Of a stretch of DNA of 64,000 nt, positions 1 through 9,487 are shown one piece after another (position 1 is the stretch's first letter; each line of letters starts with the position of its first letter). The notes below the pieces were generated by a model. The model was not told the origin of the DNA. It was given only the letters and a program-made list of their open reading frames with translations, and did no database searches. Position numbers and translations under genes: made by a program. Source of the stretch: a virus; IMG/VR virus record IMGVR_UViG_3300045988_130116. One strand, written 5' to 3'.

Positions 1-471
1 ATCTAAAACTTGTTGACTACTCATAGAAGTAAATTTATCGGCAGGTACAATTTTCTTACCTCCTACCAATATCTCCTTGTTTATATCAATAGCTAACTTC
101 TCTGAAACTTCTTCTATTAGATTATATTTGATTACTTCATCCAAATGTGAATAGAAATTTTCTACATTGGCTAACTCCTTAATCTTTTTAAACTCTTTTG
201 CTCCTCCATAGTCCTCAAAATCTTGAGTTAATGCTTCTGAAAGTTTAAGGAAATTAATAACAGTAAATTCATTAACTTCCCTATATCTTGTAGATAATTC
301 AGAAACTAATTTAAAATAAAATTTATTCTTAGGAGTAGAAAAATCATCTTCTATTAAAGGTGTTTCACTTATTAAACTTAAATCTTGAAGAAGGCATGAT
401 ATTAACATTTTTTCAGCAATCTCTTTTTGTTCATTCATTACTTCACATTCTACATCTAATGCTCTCGCCAT
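1..471 (-). CDS. replicative DNA helicase (DnaB-like), N-terminal part; CDS continues past window start
   Basis: Own translation from ATG 471..469 with GGAGG upstream: MARALDVECEVMNEQKEIAEKMLISCLLQDLSLISETPLIEDDFSTPKNKFYFKLV..., open to position 1. Resembles the DnaB N-terminal domain pattern. Confidence 0.45.
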   Translation of the reverse strand, partial: MARALDVECEVMNEQKEIAEKMLISCLLQDLSLISETPLIEDDFSTPKNKFYFKLVSELSTRYREVNEFTVINFLKLSEALTQDFEDYGGAKEFKKIKELANVENFYSHLDEVIKYNLIEEVSEKLAIDINKEILVGGKKIVPADKFTSMSSQQVLD

Positions 472-483
472 TTTACTACCTCC

Positions 484-1026
484 TTATAGAATATCCATTA
501 AACCTCTTTTTACTTTCTTCCTTTTAACAACAGGTTTTTTAACTTCTGTTTCCACTTCTATATTAGAACCGATATCTTCATATTCTGTTGTATCTTTAAT
601 TGGCTTACCTGATCTACTAAAATAATCTTTTATCTCTGAACGTATAATTGCAAATATATATAAAATCTTTTGATACTCATTCATATCTCCGTTGACCAAT
701 TTCTTGTCTAAAGACTCTTTTATATATTCTCCTTTATCTAAAAGAAATTTATTTACCTGTCTCCTAGAATATCCTACATCGTATATTTTTGCAAATTCTT
801 TATTTTTTGTATTATTAATACAGGTATATCCTATAATCTTGTCAAAAAGAATTTGATTTTCTCTAAGCAACTCTGTATTCTTTTCATGTTCTCTATATTC
901 TTCTTCTGAACAATAATATTGATTTTTCTTTTTACCATTTTTATCTATCTTAGGGAAATTAAACGCTACATCTGTTGTTAAAGGTTTCCCACATAATTTA
1001 CATTTACATTTATAAATTTTTGTCAT
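484..1026 (-). CDS. hypothetical protein, N-terminal zinc-ribbon-like Cys cluster
   Basis: 180-aa ORF; AAGGAG SD 9 nt upstream of ATG; KCKCKLCGK..YYCSEEEY. Confidence 0.6.
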   Translation of the reverse strand: MTKIYKCKCKLCGKPLTTDVAFNFPKIDKNGKKKNQYYCSEEEYREHEKNTELLRENQILFDKIIGYTCINNTKNKEFAKIYDVGYSRRQVNKFLLDKGEYIKESLDKKLVNGDMNEYQKILYIFAIIRSEIKDYFSRSGKPIKDTTEYEDIGSNIEVETEVKKPVVKRKKVKRGLMDIL

Positions 1027-1055
1027 TAATTATTCTCCTTTCTATATAAATTATA

Positions 1056-2039
1056 TTATATTTTTATATTATTATTTAAAATCTCTTTTATATTTTCATA
1101 ATCATAATACCAAATTTCTAATAGTTTAATATTATTATCTCTTGCATATTTTTCCTTTCTTCTATCGTGTTCTTTTTGTATTATAAAATTTTTTTTATTT
1201 TCTTGAAGATGTTCTACAAACTGTTCATGTTGTATCCCTTGATATTCAATTAATAAATTATATTTAGGTAAATAAAAATCATAAGACAACAAGCCATTCC
1301 CTACTCCTATTAAACGTTTAAACGTTTTTTGTTGCTTAAATTCTATTTTATTGTTTATCAACCATTCTTTTATTCTTTGTTCTCCTTTACTAGAAGTACA
1401 ATTTATGCATTTCATGGAACGATTTTTACTCGTAATATTACTTAAAGCTGTTTCAAATTCCTCTCCACAATCTTCACAATAAAACTTAATTTTCTGTGCA
1501 CTACAAGGAGTAACTTCAAAAGGAGATTTTGTATTAGACTTGCTCCAATATTTAGCCATTTGTGGACATAAATAACCAAATGAATCTTTAGGGTGTAAAT
1601 GTTTACCTTTATGACTACAATAAGGACACCTATTCCCATTATAAAAATTATTACAAGTAAGTTTATAGCTCCCATGATAATCTGTTTTATCACATTTAAT
1701 CCAAACTTTTTTATTACTTGCTCTATATATTAAATAAGGATTATCGGTATTTTTATCCCAATCCCAGTATTTATTTAATGGTTCTTTTAGTTCTTGTTGG
1801 ATGTAATAAGCTAAACTATTTTCATATTTATTACAGCAATTCGAGCAATTTATACCTTTTTTAAAAGAACTTGGTGTAGTATCATATTTTCTACCACAAT
1901 AAGGACATTGTACTCTTATATAAGTATGTGTTTTACTTTTATTTTTATTTTCTATCGTAATCTCGCTACTTTTATAAGTACCTATATATTTATATCCTTT
2001 ATCTTCTACTATTTGTCTATGTATTTTATTATCATACAT
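1056..2039 (-). CDS. homing-endonuclease-like protein: 2 zinc-ribbon repeats (DUF4379-like) plus C-terminal Vsr/DUF559-like nuclease motif
   Basis: 327-aa ORF with repeats YW.W.KN..P......S.KKVW.KC....HG.Y...C..F..G.RC.YC. C-terminus is GEQRI..WL....LSYDFYLP.YNLLIEYQG.QH. Paralog of 6301..7527. Confidence 0.6.
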   Translation of the reverse strand: MYDNKIHRQIVEDKGYKYIGTYKSSEITIENKNKSKTHTYIRVQCPYCGRKYDTTPSSFKKGINCSNCCNKYENSLAYYIQQELKEPLNKYWDWDKNTDNPYLIYRASNKKVWIKCDKTDYHGSYKLTCNNFYNGNRCPYCSHKGKHLHPKDSFGYLCPQMAKYWSKSNTKSPFEVTPCSAQKIKFYCEDCGEEFETALSNITSKNRSMKCINCTSSKGEQRIKEWLINNKIEFKQQKTFKRLIGVGNGLLSYDFYLPKYNLLIEYQGIQHEQFVEHLQENKKNFIIQKEHDRRKEKYARDNNIKLLEIWYYDYENIKEILNNNIKI

Positions 2040-2049
2040 ATAACCCCTC

Positions 2050-2433
2050 CTATTCTAATCCTCTGTATTTTATTTTATCTAAAGTATGTATCTCTCCGTT
2101 ATTAAATCTACATACAGAACATTCCATTTCATCAGCAATATTAGAACATTGAATATCATAACATCGGATTCCATGTTTCTTTATTTCATTTAAAGGCAAT
2201 TCTGATATACCCCAATAATCCCCATATAAATTTACTTCTATTAATCTCTGATTACATTCTATAATATCTAATTTTTCTTCTTTTACTTTATGAAAAATAA
2301 CAGGGCAAATATCACAATCTATGTTATATTTAACACATAAAATATCATCACAGTTTACATAATTTTCTTGTTGTCTATATTTTTTAGGTAATATTGGAAC
2401 GAACATTTCTCCTATTCTAACTTTCTCACTCAT
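2050..2433 (-). CDS. Cys-rich hypothetical protein (tandem paralog 1)
   Basis: 127-aa ORF; cassette promoter 2459..2487 upstream; alignable with 2539..2919 (PI.PKKY....C.DILC....IDC..CP). Confidence 0.6.
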   Translation of the reverse strand: MSEKVRIGEMFVPILPKKYRQQENYVNCDDILCVKYNIDCDICPVIFHKVKEEKLDIIECNQRLIEVNLYGDYWGISELPLNEIKKHGIRCYDIQCSNIADEMECSVCRFNNGEIHTLDKIKYRGLE

Positions 2434-2458
2434 ATTAATCTCTTCTTTCTATATATTA

Positions 2459-2487
2459 ATTATATCATATTTTAATATTGTTGTCAA
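2459..2487 (-). promoter_or_regulatory. cassette promoter TTGACA-17-TATAAT
   Basis: Minus strand ACTTGACAACAATATTAAAATATGATATAAT; drives 2050..2433. Confidence 0.75.
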
Positions 2488-2538
2488 GTATTTTTTTTGA
2501 TTTTTATTATTTACATTTTTTTAGATATTTTAATCCCG

Positions 2539-2919
2539 TTAATCTATTTCTCTCCAAATTATTTTTTCTAAAGAATAAGTTTTATCATCATTAAATTTAC
2601 AACATTCACAATCAATTTCTTCTTTCATACAGAAACATTGTATATCACAACAATCTATTCCATTTTCTACTATATCTTTTAAAGTTTTATTTGTTATGCT
2701 CCAAAATCCCTCACACAATCTTATTTCTACCAATTTTTCATTAGTATTAATAATACACATATCGTTGTCATGGATTTTTCCAAAAGCCATAGGACAGTCT
2801 TCACAGTCTATGCAAAAACCTTCACATAAAATATCCTCGCAGCATATAAATCCTTTTTCAAATTGATATTTTTTTGGTACTATAGGGATTAATTTTTCAT
2901 TTATTTCAATCTTTCTCAT
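2539..2919 (-). CDS. Cys-rich hypothetical protein (tandem paralog 2)
   Basis: 126-aa ORF; AGGAGAA SD; paralog of 2050..2433. Confidence 0.6.
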   Translation of the reverse strand: MRKIEINEKLIPIVPKKYQFEKGFICCEDILCEGFCIDCEDCPMAFGKIHDNDMCIINTNEKLVEIRLCEGFWSITNKTLKDIVENGIDCCDIQCFCMKEEIDCECCKFNDDKTYSLEKIIWREID

Positions 2920-2940
2920 ATTATTTTCTCCTTTCTTTAT

Positions 2941-2968
2941 TAAAAAGGGTAGATATTTCTACCTACCC
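2941..2968 (-). terminator. possible intrinsic terminator after ERF gene
   Basis: Minus strand GGTAGAAATATCTACC followed by CTTTTTAAT. Confidence 0.4.
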
Positions 2969-2977
2969 AATTAATTA

Positions 2978-3562
2978 TTATAAGCTTCTTCTTGATGATT
3001 TTGGTTTAGTAACAGGTTTTGTTTCCTCTTCCTCTACTATTAAATCACTCGCATCGGTATCATCTTCGCTAAATGATAATCCTAATAATGAAGTTATTTG
3101 ATATCTTTTTAAATATGTCATTAATGACCCATAACCCTGTGCTTCTAATTTAGGGGGTATTAAAGATATTGAATTACTCTCTATAAATTGCCCTGTTTCA
3201 ACATGAATTAATCTAGTTTTAATACATATAGAATTTTCTTTTGTTCCACTTATAGGAAATTGCACTAAAATTAATCCTTGGTCATTTAAAATAGGTCTAG
3301 TTACATTTAATATTTGAGATAAACTAGCATAACTAGATTCGTGAAAAGGATTCTCTGCATCTTTTTCTACTGTTGTAAAATGCTTATGAAATCCTGCCAA
3401 AGCCTTATATAACTCTGTGGTATTATCACTAGAATAAAATTGAACATCTGAATTACCTATTTGTTTATTAACATTGAATTTACATTTACACTCCATATTT
3501 GCCTCCTTTAAAGGGTGAGGGATTTCCTCACCTAATATTTTCTCATTAATTACATTTTCCAT
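2978..3562 (-). CDS. erf: ERF-family single-strand annealing recombinase
   Basis: 194 aa with FHESSYASLSQILNVTRPILNDQGLILVQ ... GSLMTYLKRYQITSLLGLSFSEDDTD, which matches the ERF core pattern. Confidence 0.75.
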   Translation of the reverse strand: MENVINEKILGEEIPHPLKEANMECKCKFNVNKQIGNSDVQFYSSDNTTELYKALAGFHKHFTTVEKDAENPFHESSYASLSQILNVTRPILNDQGLILVQFPISGTKENSICIKTRLIHVETGQFIESNSISLIPPKLEAQGYGSLMTYLKRYQITSLLGLSFSEDDTDASDLIVEEEETKPVTKPKSSRRSL

Positions 3563-3582
3563 GTTTATCTACTCCTTTCAAA

Positions 3583-4587
3583 TTAAAATGGCACTTCGTC
3601 TTCGGCTACTTCTACTTCTTCGCCTTCTACTTCTTCGCCTTTTTCTTTTTTAATATCGTCTACTTTTTCTTGAAGTTTTTCAATTCTTTCATCTATTGCT
3701 TGGTGCATCAATTCTATATAATGAGAAGTGAATGGGAAGTCCTCTTGACTAGGAACAGTATAGCAAAATTCTTCTTCTTCTCCTTCTTCAAGGTCGTCAT
3801 ATACTGGTTTTATATATTCATTATTGTCGTCTAAAGTCATAATTGGAGCAGAACAATTAGTTAATTCAAAATAAGTTTCAATTTGAACCCTATTTTTAAC
3901 TGATTTACCTATACCTCTGCTTTTCTTAGCTTTAGCTACAGATTTAATAAAATCAAATTCTATATAAAGTATGTCTCCTACTTTAAGTTCTTCTTTAATA
4001 TATTCGGCATATTCTTCATTGTGAGTTCTTATTTTCATTATAAATCCATTTACTTTATCTTCTTTTTCTTCCTCATTATAATAAGCATAATTATTAACCA
4101 ATACATTTAGTTCTAAAGCATTACCATCAATATCAGTTACATCTTCATAACCTTCAAGCATACAATAAATCATACCTTTAGAGCCTTTAGTAATAGGGAA
4201 TTTACTATCTTCTTGAGTGGTACAGAATACTCCCCCTACTCTAGTTCCTCTGTCAACAAGCTCTCCTTCTTTAGTAACATATTTATTTTCGTCAAATTTA
4301 ACTAAACAGTTAACTATTTCTCCTTCTCCGTCATCTTCAACTGTTCTACACTCTGAATAAAGTTTTTTCATTTTAGCATATGTTTTATTTGTATTTCCAT
4401 TACCAGAGTATTTCCTAATAAAGAAATCAACATCAGTTGACTTCCCTTCTTCTGTTTCAACTTCCATAACAAATCTAATGGCTTCATCTTTTTTACCTTT
4501 ATTAGTTATTGCTCCGTTTTTAATTGCTAAAACTTCACCATTTACATATCCTTCGGAATATCTCACTCTTTTCTCTTTATCTGCCAT
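3583..4587 (-). CDS. single-stranded DNA-binding protein (phage type) with acidic C-terminal tip
   Basis: 334 aa; C-terminus EEVEGEEVEVAEDEVPF resembles the SSB D-D-D-I-P-F tip; immediately upstream of ERF; cassette promoter 4619..4647. Confidence 0.55.
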   Translation of the reverse strand: MADKEKRVRYSEGYVNGEVLAIKNGAITNKGKKDEAIRFVMEVETEEGKSTDVDFFIRKYSGNGNTNKTYAKMKKLYSECRTVEDDGEGEIVNCLVKFDENKYVTKEGELVDRGTRVGGVFCTTQEDSKFPITKGSKGMIYCMLEGYEDVTDIDGNALELNVLVNNYAYYNEEEKEDKVNGFIMKIRTHNEEYAEYIKEELKVGDILYIEFDFIKSVAKAKKSRGIGKSVKNRVQIETYFELTNCSAPIMTLDDNNEYIKPVYDDLEEGEEEEFCYTVPSQEDFPFTSHYIELMHQAIDERIEKLQEKVDDIKKEKGEEVEGEEVEVAEDEVPF

Positions 4588-4618
4588 ATTATCATTCTCC
4601 TTTCATATTTACATTTTA

Positions 4619-4647
4619 ATTATATCATATTTTAATAATGTTGTCAA
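4619..4647 (-). promoter_or_regulatory. cassette promoter TTGACA-17-TATAAT
   Basis: TTGACA 4647..4642, TGn-TATAAT 4624..4619; drives 3583..4587. Confidence 0.75.
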
Positions 4648-4650
4648 GTA

Positions 4651-5061
4651 CTATTCACAAGATTTTTCAATTTCTTTTTCTATTATCTTTTTAGCCATTC
4701 TTAATTTACAAAGTTTATACCCTTTATTAACATCAAAAGTGTCACTAGGGTGGACTTTTGAGGACACTTTACCATAAGTAGGAGACTCCATCACCACCAT
4801 TTCTCTGTTATATCTCCACTTAACAGGGACTTTTTTATTGGCTATATTAATTACATCTGTTCTCCAATCTGTCCAAGCTATTGTGAACAGTTTATCTACC
4901 ATATCTCTATCTACTAACATAAGTTCTATAGAATTCCCCTTTTTTAAGGCTAATTCATACCCACTACAATGATTAAGCGTTTCTACCATTTTGAAATCAT
5001 ATAATACATATGTTTCTTTAGTAATAACATTTACTAATTTATCACCATGTTTAAATTTCAT
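4651..5061 (-). CDS. hypothetical protein
   Basis: 136-aa ORF; own cassette promoter 5095..5123. Confidence 0.6.
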   Translation of the reverse strand: MKFKHGDKLVNVITKETYVLYDFKMVETLNHCSGYELALKKGNSIELMLVDRDMVDKLFTIAWTDWRTDVINIANKKVPVKWRYNREMVVMESPTYGKVSSKVHPSDTFDVNKGYKLCKLRMAKKIIEKEIEKSCE

Positions 5062-5094
5062 ATTATTATCTCCTTTCGCCTTTTCTATATTTAT

Positions 5095-5123
5095 ATTATA
5101 CCATATTTTAATAATGTTGTCAA
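5095..5123 (-). promoter_or_regulatory. cassette promoter TTGACA-17-TATAAT
   Basis: Drives 4651..5061. Confidence 0.75.
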
Positions 5124-5125
5124 CC

Positions 5126-6274
5126 CTATTTAAATAAGTTTTTAAAAATATTTTCTAATACCGGAACGGCAATACTATTACCTATTTGTTTATATAATTG
5201 GGTGTCAGAGGTTGGTACATTTTTGGCTTTATAAAAATCATCATCTTCAAATCCCATTAGTCTCCAACATTCAAGTGGAGTTAATCTTCTGATTTTAAAG
5301 TTAGTAACAACTTCTCCATCTATTACCAAAGGTTGTCTCCACCCTCCTTGCATAGTGTCTAAAGTAGGAGATATAAATTCTTTATCATAAATACTTCCTG
5401 CTTGATGTCTTCTATCACCCTCATCAAATACCCCACCTAATCTAACTGGAGAAACTTCTATAATCTGTTTAGGTTGCTTATAATCTCTCGCAGAAAGAGT
5501 TGAGATACATTTATTGGGATTATATACCCAAGCAGAGGTACAATTGCGATATTTAACATTACCATTTTCATCGCATGGGTGTAGAGCAGTTGTCCCTAAA
5601 ACCTCTAAGCATTCATTATTTAATCTATCTTGAGGGAATTTAAAAAATCTATCTTGCATTTCTTGAGATAAATAATATTTGTCTTCAACTGAATCTTCTA
5701 ATATATCTTTAAGTTTTAATTCTAATGGAAATCCTTGAGGAAATTCAAAAGTATGCTCATCATCTAATATGCTAACAACATAAATACGTTCTCTATTTTG
5801 AGGTAACCCAAAATCTTTTGCATTTAATATCTTATAATAAGAAGTATATCCAACTTCTTTTAAATCTTCTATATATTGATTAAAATTATGTATATGTTTT
5901 TTACTTATTACGTTTTTAACATTTTCCCAAACAACATATTTGGGTTTAACTTTTTTAATTATATCTACACTGTACCACATAAGACTACTTTGTGTTCCAC
6001 TCCCTTTATCTCCTCCTTTACCTTTACCAGCCACAGAGAAGCTAGTGCAAGGTGACCCATGTACGATAATATCAATATTTTAAGGTAATAACTCTACATC
6101 TATTGAACTTACATCACCTAAATTTAAATTCTCACCTACTCCATGTATTGCACAGTAACTTTTAATTGCAAATTTATCTATCTCACTAAATCCAACTAAA
6201 TCATAATCCACATTAGCATTTTTAAGTGCTTTTTCAAATGCACCTATCCCACTAAAAAGACTAAGTAATTTCAT
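5126..6274 (-). pseudogene. DNA (cytosine-5)-methyltransferase interrupted by one in-frame TAA (6080..6082)
   Basis: Motif I LFSGIGAFE lies in the 6080..6304 ORF (likely start ATG 6274, AGGAG SD). Reading the same frame across the TAA gives NIDIIVHGSPCTSFSVAG (motif IV). Downstream motifs are ENVKN, QNRERIY and GNSIAVPV. Confidence 0.8.
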
Positions 6275-6300
6275 AACATCACTCCTTTTTAATAGTGTTG

Positions 6301-7527
6301 TCAAGGGGACAATCCCCTCGACAAGTTATTTAAAATTTCTTCTATATTTTCATAATTATAATACCAAATTTCCAACAATTCGATATTATTATCTTTTGCA
6401 TATTTTTTCTTTCTTCTATCATGCTCTTTTTGTATTTCAAAATCTAACTTTGATTGATGAAACCCTTTTATAAATTTCTCATGTTGTTTCCCTTGATATT
6501 CTATTAATAAATTATATTGAGGCAAATAAAAATCATAAGAAAGATTTCCATTTCCTATTCCTGTTAAATATTTAAAAGTTTTTTGCGATACAAATTCTAT
6601 ATTATTATCTGTTAAATATTTATTAATTTTTTGTTCTCCTTTGCTAGAAGTACAATTTCTACATTTCATAGAACGGTTCTTTGATACTACAGTCTCTAAA
6701 GCTGTTTCAAATTCCTCTCCACAATCTTCGCAATAAAATCTAAATTTTTTCCTACTTTTAGGGGCAACTTCAAAAGGAGATTTTGTATTAGATTTACTCC
6801 AGTATTTAGCTTTTTGAGGATATAAATAACCAAATGAATCTTTTGGGTGAATTTTTGCCTTATGACAATAAGAACATCTTTTACCACTATGAAATTTATC
6901 ACAACTAATTCTATATCCTCCGCTGTCATTATGATATTTTTTATTCTGACATAGTATCCATATCTTCTTCATACTTCTAGGAGCTAACTCCCAAGGGTTT
7001 AAAGTGTTTTTAGGACTCCAATACTTAGTTAAAAAATCTTCTCCAAATGTATTTATGCCCCATTGAGCAAAGGAATCTTTAGGATGTACTTTCATTTTAT
7101 GACAATAAGAACATCTTTTACCACTATGAAAATGATTACAACTAACCTTATAACTCCCATGATAATCTTTTTTATCACATTTAATCCAAACCTTAATATT
7201 TTTACTTTTACTTATTAAATAAGGATTAACAACATTCTTTTCCCAATCCCAATATTTATTTAAAGGTTCTTTTAACTCTTGTTGAATATAGTATGCAAAA
7301 CTATTTTCATATTTATTACAACAATTTGAACAGTTTGCTCCTTTCTTAAAAGTAGCTTTATCTATATCGTATTCTTTTCCACAATATAAACATTTTACTC
7401 TAATATATATAGATTTTTTATTTTTATTTCTATTATCTAATGTTACTTCATTTCGATTATAACTTCCTATATATTTATATTCTTTTCTATTTATTAATTC
7501 TTCTTCGTGTTTTTTATTATAATACAT
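6301..7527 (-). CDS. homing-endonuclease-like protein: 3 zinc-ribbon repeats plus C-terminal Vsr/DUF559-like nuclease motif
   Basis: 408 aa; paralog of 1056..2039 with one extra repeat; C-terminus SYDFYLPQYNLLIEYQGKQH; abuts the C5-MTase gene. Confidence 0.6.
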   Translation of the reverse strand: MYYNKKHEEELINRKEYKYIGSYNRNEVTLDNRNKNKKSIYIRVKCLYCGKEYDIDKATFKKGANCSNCCNKYENSFAYYIQQELKEPLNKYWDWEKNVVNPYLISKSKNIKVWIKCDKKDYHGSYKVSCNHFHSGKRCSYCHKMKVHPKDSFAQWGINTFGEDFLTKYWSPKNTLNPWELAPRSMKKIWILCQNKKYHNDSGGYRISCDKFHSGKRCSYCHKAKIHPKDSFGYLYPQKAKYWSKSNTKSPFEVAPKSRKKFRFYCEDCGEEFETALETVVSKNRSMKCRNCTSSKGEQKINKYLTDNNIEFVSQKTFKYLTGIGNGNLSYDFYLPQYNLLIEYQGKQHEKFIKGFHQSKLDFEIQKEHDRRKKKYAKDNNIELLEIWYYNYENIEEILNNLSRGLSP

Positions 7528-7565
7528 ACAATTTATTTCCCACCTTATTCCCTGCCCTTTATTTA

Positions 7566-8039
7566 TTACTTATAATAAATTACATAGCAAGTTCTTTTCT
7601 TTACTCCCATATTATTAACTCTTCTATAATATCTTTTATTACTTTCGCCTTTAATTCTAGGAACATATATATCTAATTTGAAAGGGGTGTTTAATTTTCT
7701 GCCTCCCCTATCAGCCACTTTTTTCATACCATAGCCTTCGATATATATGTTTCTTCCTAATGCCCAATAATTATTTGCTATTGTCTTACTATTTAGTTTT
7801 CCTAAAGAACCATAACCTGCATAGCCACCATTTTCACTAGCCAAAGAAGTATAATGGTATATTTTACAAGTAATTTTTCTTACCTTTCTAACTTTCTTTC
7901 CTGTTCTTTGAGTCCAATATTTAGTGCTTGTTTTTGAATAAGCATCTATATAACTGTCCGAGGGACAATAACCTATACTTCCAAGCACTACTCCTATCGC
8001 TAATCCTACTGCTAATATTTTCTTTTTAATTCTTCTCAT
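7566..8039 (-). CDS. secreted protein with 3D-domain-like (MltA/RlpA-type DPBB) C-terminus
   Basis: 157 aa; signal-like MRRIKKKILAVGLAIGVVLGSIG; GRNIYIEGYGMKKVADRGGRKLNTPFKLDIYVP resembles the 3D-domain motif. Confidence 0.5.
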   Translation of the reverse strand: MRRIKKKILAVGLAIGVVLGSIGYCPSDSYIDAYSKTSTKYWTQRTGKKVRKVRKITCKIYHYTSLASENGGYAGYGSLGKLNSKTIANNYWALGRNIYIEGYGMKKVADRGGRKLNTPFKLDIYVPRIKGESNKRYYRRVNNMGVKKRTCYVIYYK

Positions 8040-8091
8040 TTAATCACCTCTATAAATTTATTTTCCCACCCACCAATCCCATAATACTTAT

Positions 8092-8649
8092 CTATCTTTT
8101 TACATTTCTTAACTCATTAATTACATCATCAAAGAAGTCATTCATTCCTGTTTCTGACACTCTAATTACGCCAAAAGGAGTTACAAAGCGTTGCATATCT
8201 TTTTTATCAGATTTTTTAGATTCACCAACAAGTCTAACACTATTTTCTGTATGATTACAAATCATTTCTTTCCCATCAGTCATTAATATAACTCCGCTTT
8301 TAGGTTCAAATAATACAAATTTTGCTTTTTTCCATGTATCATTACCTACAGAAAATTCAACATCTGTTCCTAATTCTATTTTACTCCAGTCAGTCTTACT
8401 TTCTTCTTTTTCTCTATCCCATACTAATTTACCAACTTCATTAAATACTTTCATTATATCTTTTTTACTATCAAGTTTATGATTCATTTTTTTATCGTAT
8501 TCATTGTTAAAGGCTTTAAAGTATATATCCTTACCTTCTTTTAAAGGCTCTCTTATTGCCATTATATCTCCATTAAATATAAAGTATTTTTCGTTTGCCT
8601 TTTCTTCTCTTAATACCACTCTAAAATTTCTTCCATAAGTTTCTATCAT
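8092..8649 (-). CDS. hypothetical protein (paralog family with 9488..10126 and 10400..10804)
   Basis: 185 aa; shared DIMK.. and DW.K.E.G.DVE segments; cassette promoter 8683..8711. Confidence 0.6.
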   Translation of the reverse strand: MIETYGRNFRVVLREEKANEKYFIFNGDIMAIREPLKEGKDIYFKAFNNEYDKKMNHKLDSKKDIMKVFNEVGKLVWDREKEESKTDWSKIELGTDVEFSVGNDTWKKAKFVLFEPKSGVILMTDGKEMICNHTENSVRLVGESKKSDKKDMQRFVTPFGVIRVSETGMNDFFDDVINELRNVKR

Positions 8650-8682
8650 ACTATCACCTATCCCTTTCTTTATTATACTTAT

Positions 8683-8711
8683 ATTATATCATAAACTCAT
8701 ATTGTTGTCAA
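8683..8711 (-). promoter_or_regulatory. cassette promoter TTGACA-17-TATAAT
   Basis: Drives 8092..8649. Confidence 0.75.
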
Positions 8712-8734
8712 GTGTTTTTTGAAAATTTTTCCAT

Positions 8735-8890
8735 TTATTTTAAATCATTAATATTAAATGAAAAATCTTTACACTTATCTCTAAGATTGACAATTCTAAT
8801 TAATGGTCTGTTTTTTATGCAATATCCTTTAGTGATTTTATCCCTACTTCTAAATCTTATGAAATAATCACACATCCAACATCTTTGCAT
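8735..8890 (-). CDS. small Cys-containing protein (51 aa, below ORF-track cutoff)
   Basis: Own translation MQRCWMCDYFIRFRSRDKITKGYCIKNRPLIRIVNLRDKCKDFSFNINDLK; GGTGA SD directly upstream. Confidence 0.45.
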   Translation of the reverse strand: MQRCWMCDYFIRFRSRDKITKGYCIKNRPLIRIVNLRDKCKDFSFNINDLK

Positions 8891-8899
8891 ATTATCACC

Positions 8900-9427
8900 T
8901 TAATAACATTCTTCTTCAAAAGAATCAAAATATAGTTGCCCATCTATTATACCTGCCCAGGCATAACAGTTTATATCACAACCAGGAGAATGGAACCCTC
9001 CTATGTATTGGAGTTTCAAATCTACGTTAAATTTTTTATTAACAAGGTCAATAACATCATCTATTGTTTCAACCTCATCTAATATATAATCACAAATTCT
9101 TCCGTCTTCCCTGTCTAAAAATCTTTCTACCCAATTTTTTACTTTTTCAAGTTTATTAGGAACTTTTTCTACAAGCACCCATTTTTTAGTTAAAACAGGT
9201 ATTTGACAAACTTCATTACATTCTATTATATCATCAGAATACTCAAATGGTGCTTCGTTTTGGCTTTCAGAAAGTCCTTCACTATATTCTGCTCTATAAT
9301 ATATTCCTTCATGTTCAAATATCATAGCCTTATGACTACTCCACCTACTTTGCCCTATTTCAAATATGTCTTTGTAATCTCCGTTCCATAACCTTTCTTG
9401 TAAATCAACTTTTTTAAACTCTTTCAT
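8900..9427 (-). CDS. hypothetical protein
   Basis: 175-aa ORF; cassette promoter 9449..9477; GGAGTGGTGA SD. Confidence 0.6.
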   Translation of the reverse strand: MKEFKKVDLQERLWNGDYKDIFEIGQSRWSSHKAMIFEHEGIYYRAEYSEGLSESQNEAPFEYSDDIIECNEVCQIPVLTKKWVLVEKVPNKLEKVKNWVERFLDREDGRICDYILDEVETIDDVIDLVNKKFNVDLKLQYIGGFHSPGCDINCYAWAGIIDGQLYFDSFEEECY

Positions 9428-9448
9428 ATCACCACTCCTTATATTTAT

Positions 9449-9477
9449 ATTATACTACTTTCTAATAGTATTGTCAA
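9449..9477 (-). promoter_or_regulatory. cassette promoter TTGACA-17-TATAAT
   Basis: Drives 8900..9427; no TG extension in this copy. Confidence 0.7.
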
Positions 9478-9487
9478 GTGTTATTTG

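Noticed and set aside
1442-2105. ORFs 1442..1693 (-) and 1908..2105 (+) inside or antisense to 1056..2039; likewise 6696..6929 and 7440..7676 within 6301..7527
   Set aside because: They are embedded in or antisense to longer ORFs that carry clear motifs. Their translations are Ile/Leu/Phe/Lys low-complexity, typical of off-frame AT-rich DNA, and no SD is present.
6291-6306. Cassette promoter upstream of the C5-MTase
   Set aside because: Only the -35 word (TTGACAAC) is present. 17 nt downstream there is no TATAAT-like hexamer, because the SD and ATG follow immediately. Treated as a truncated cassette, not as a functional promoter.
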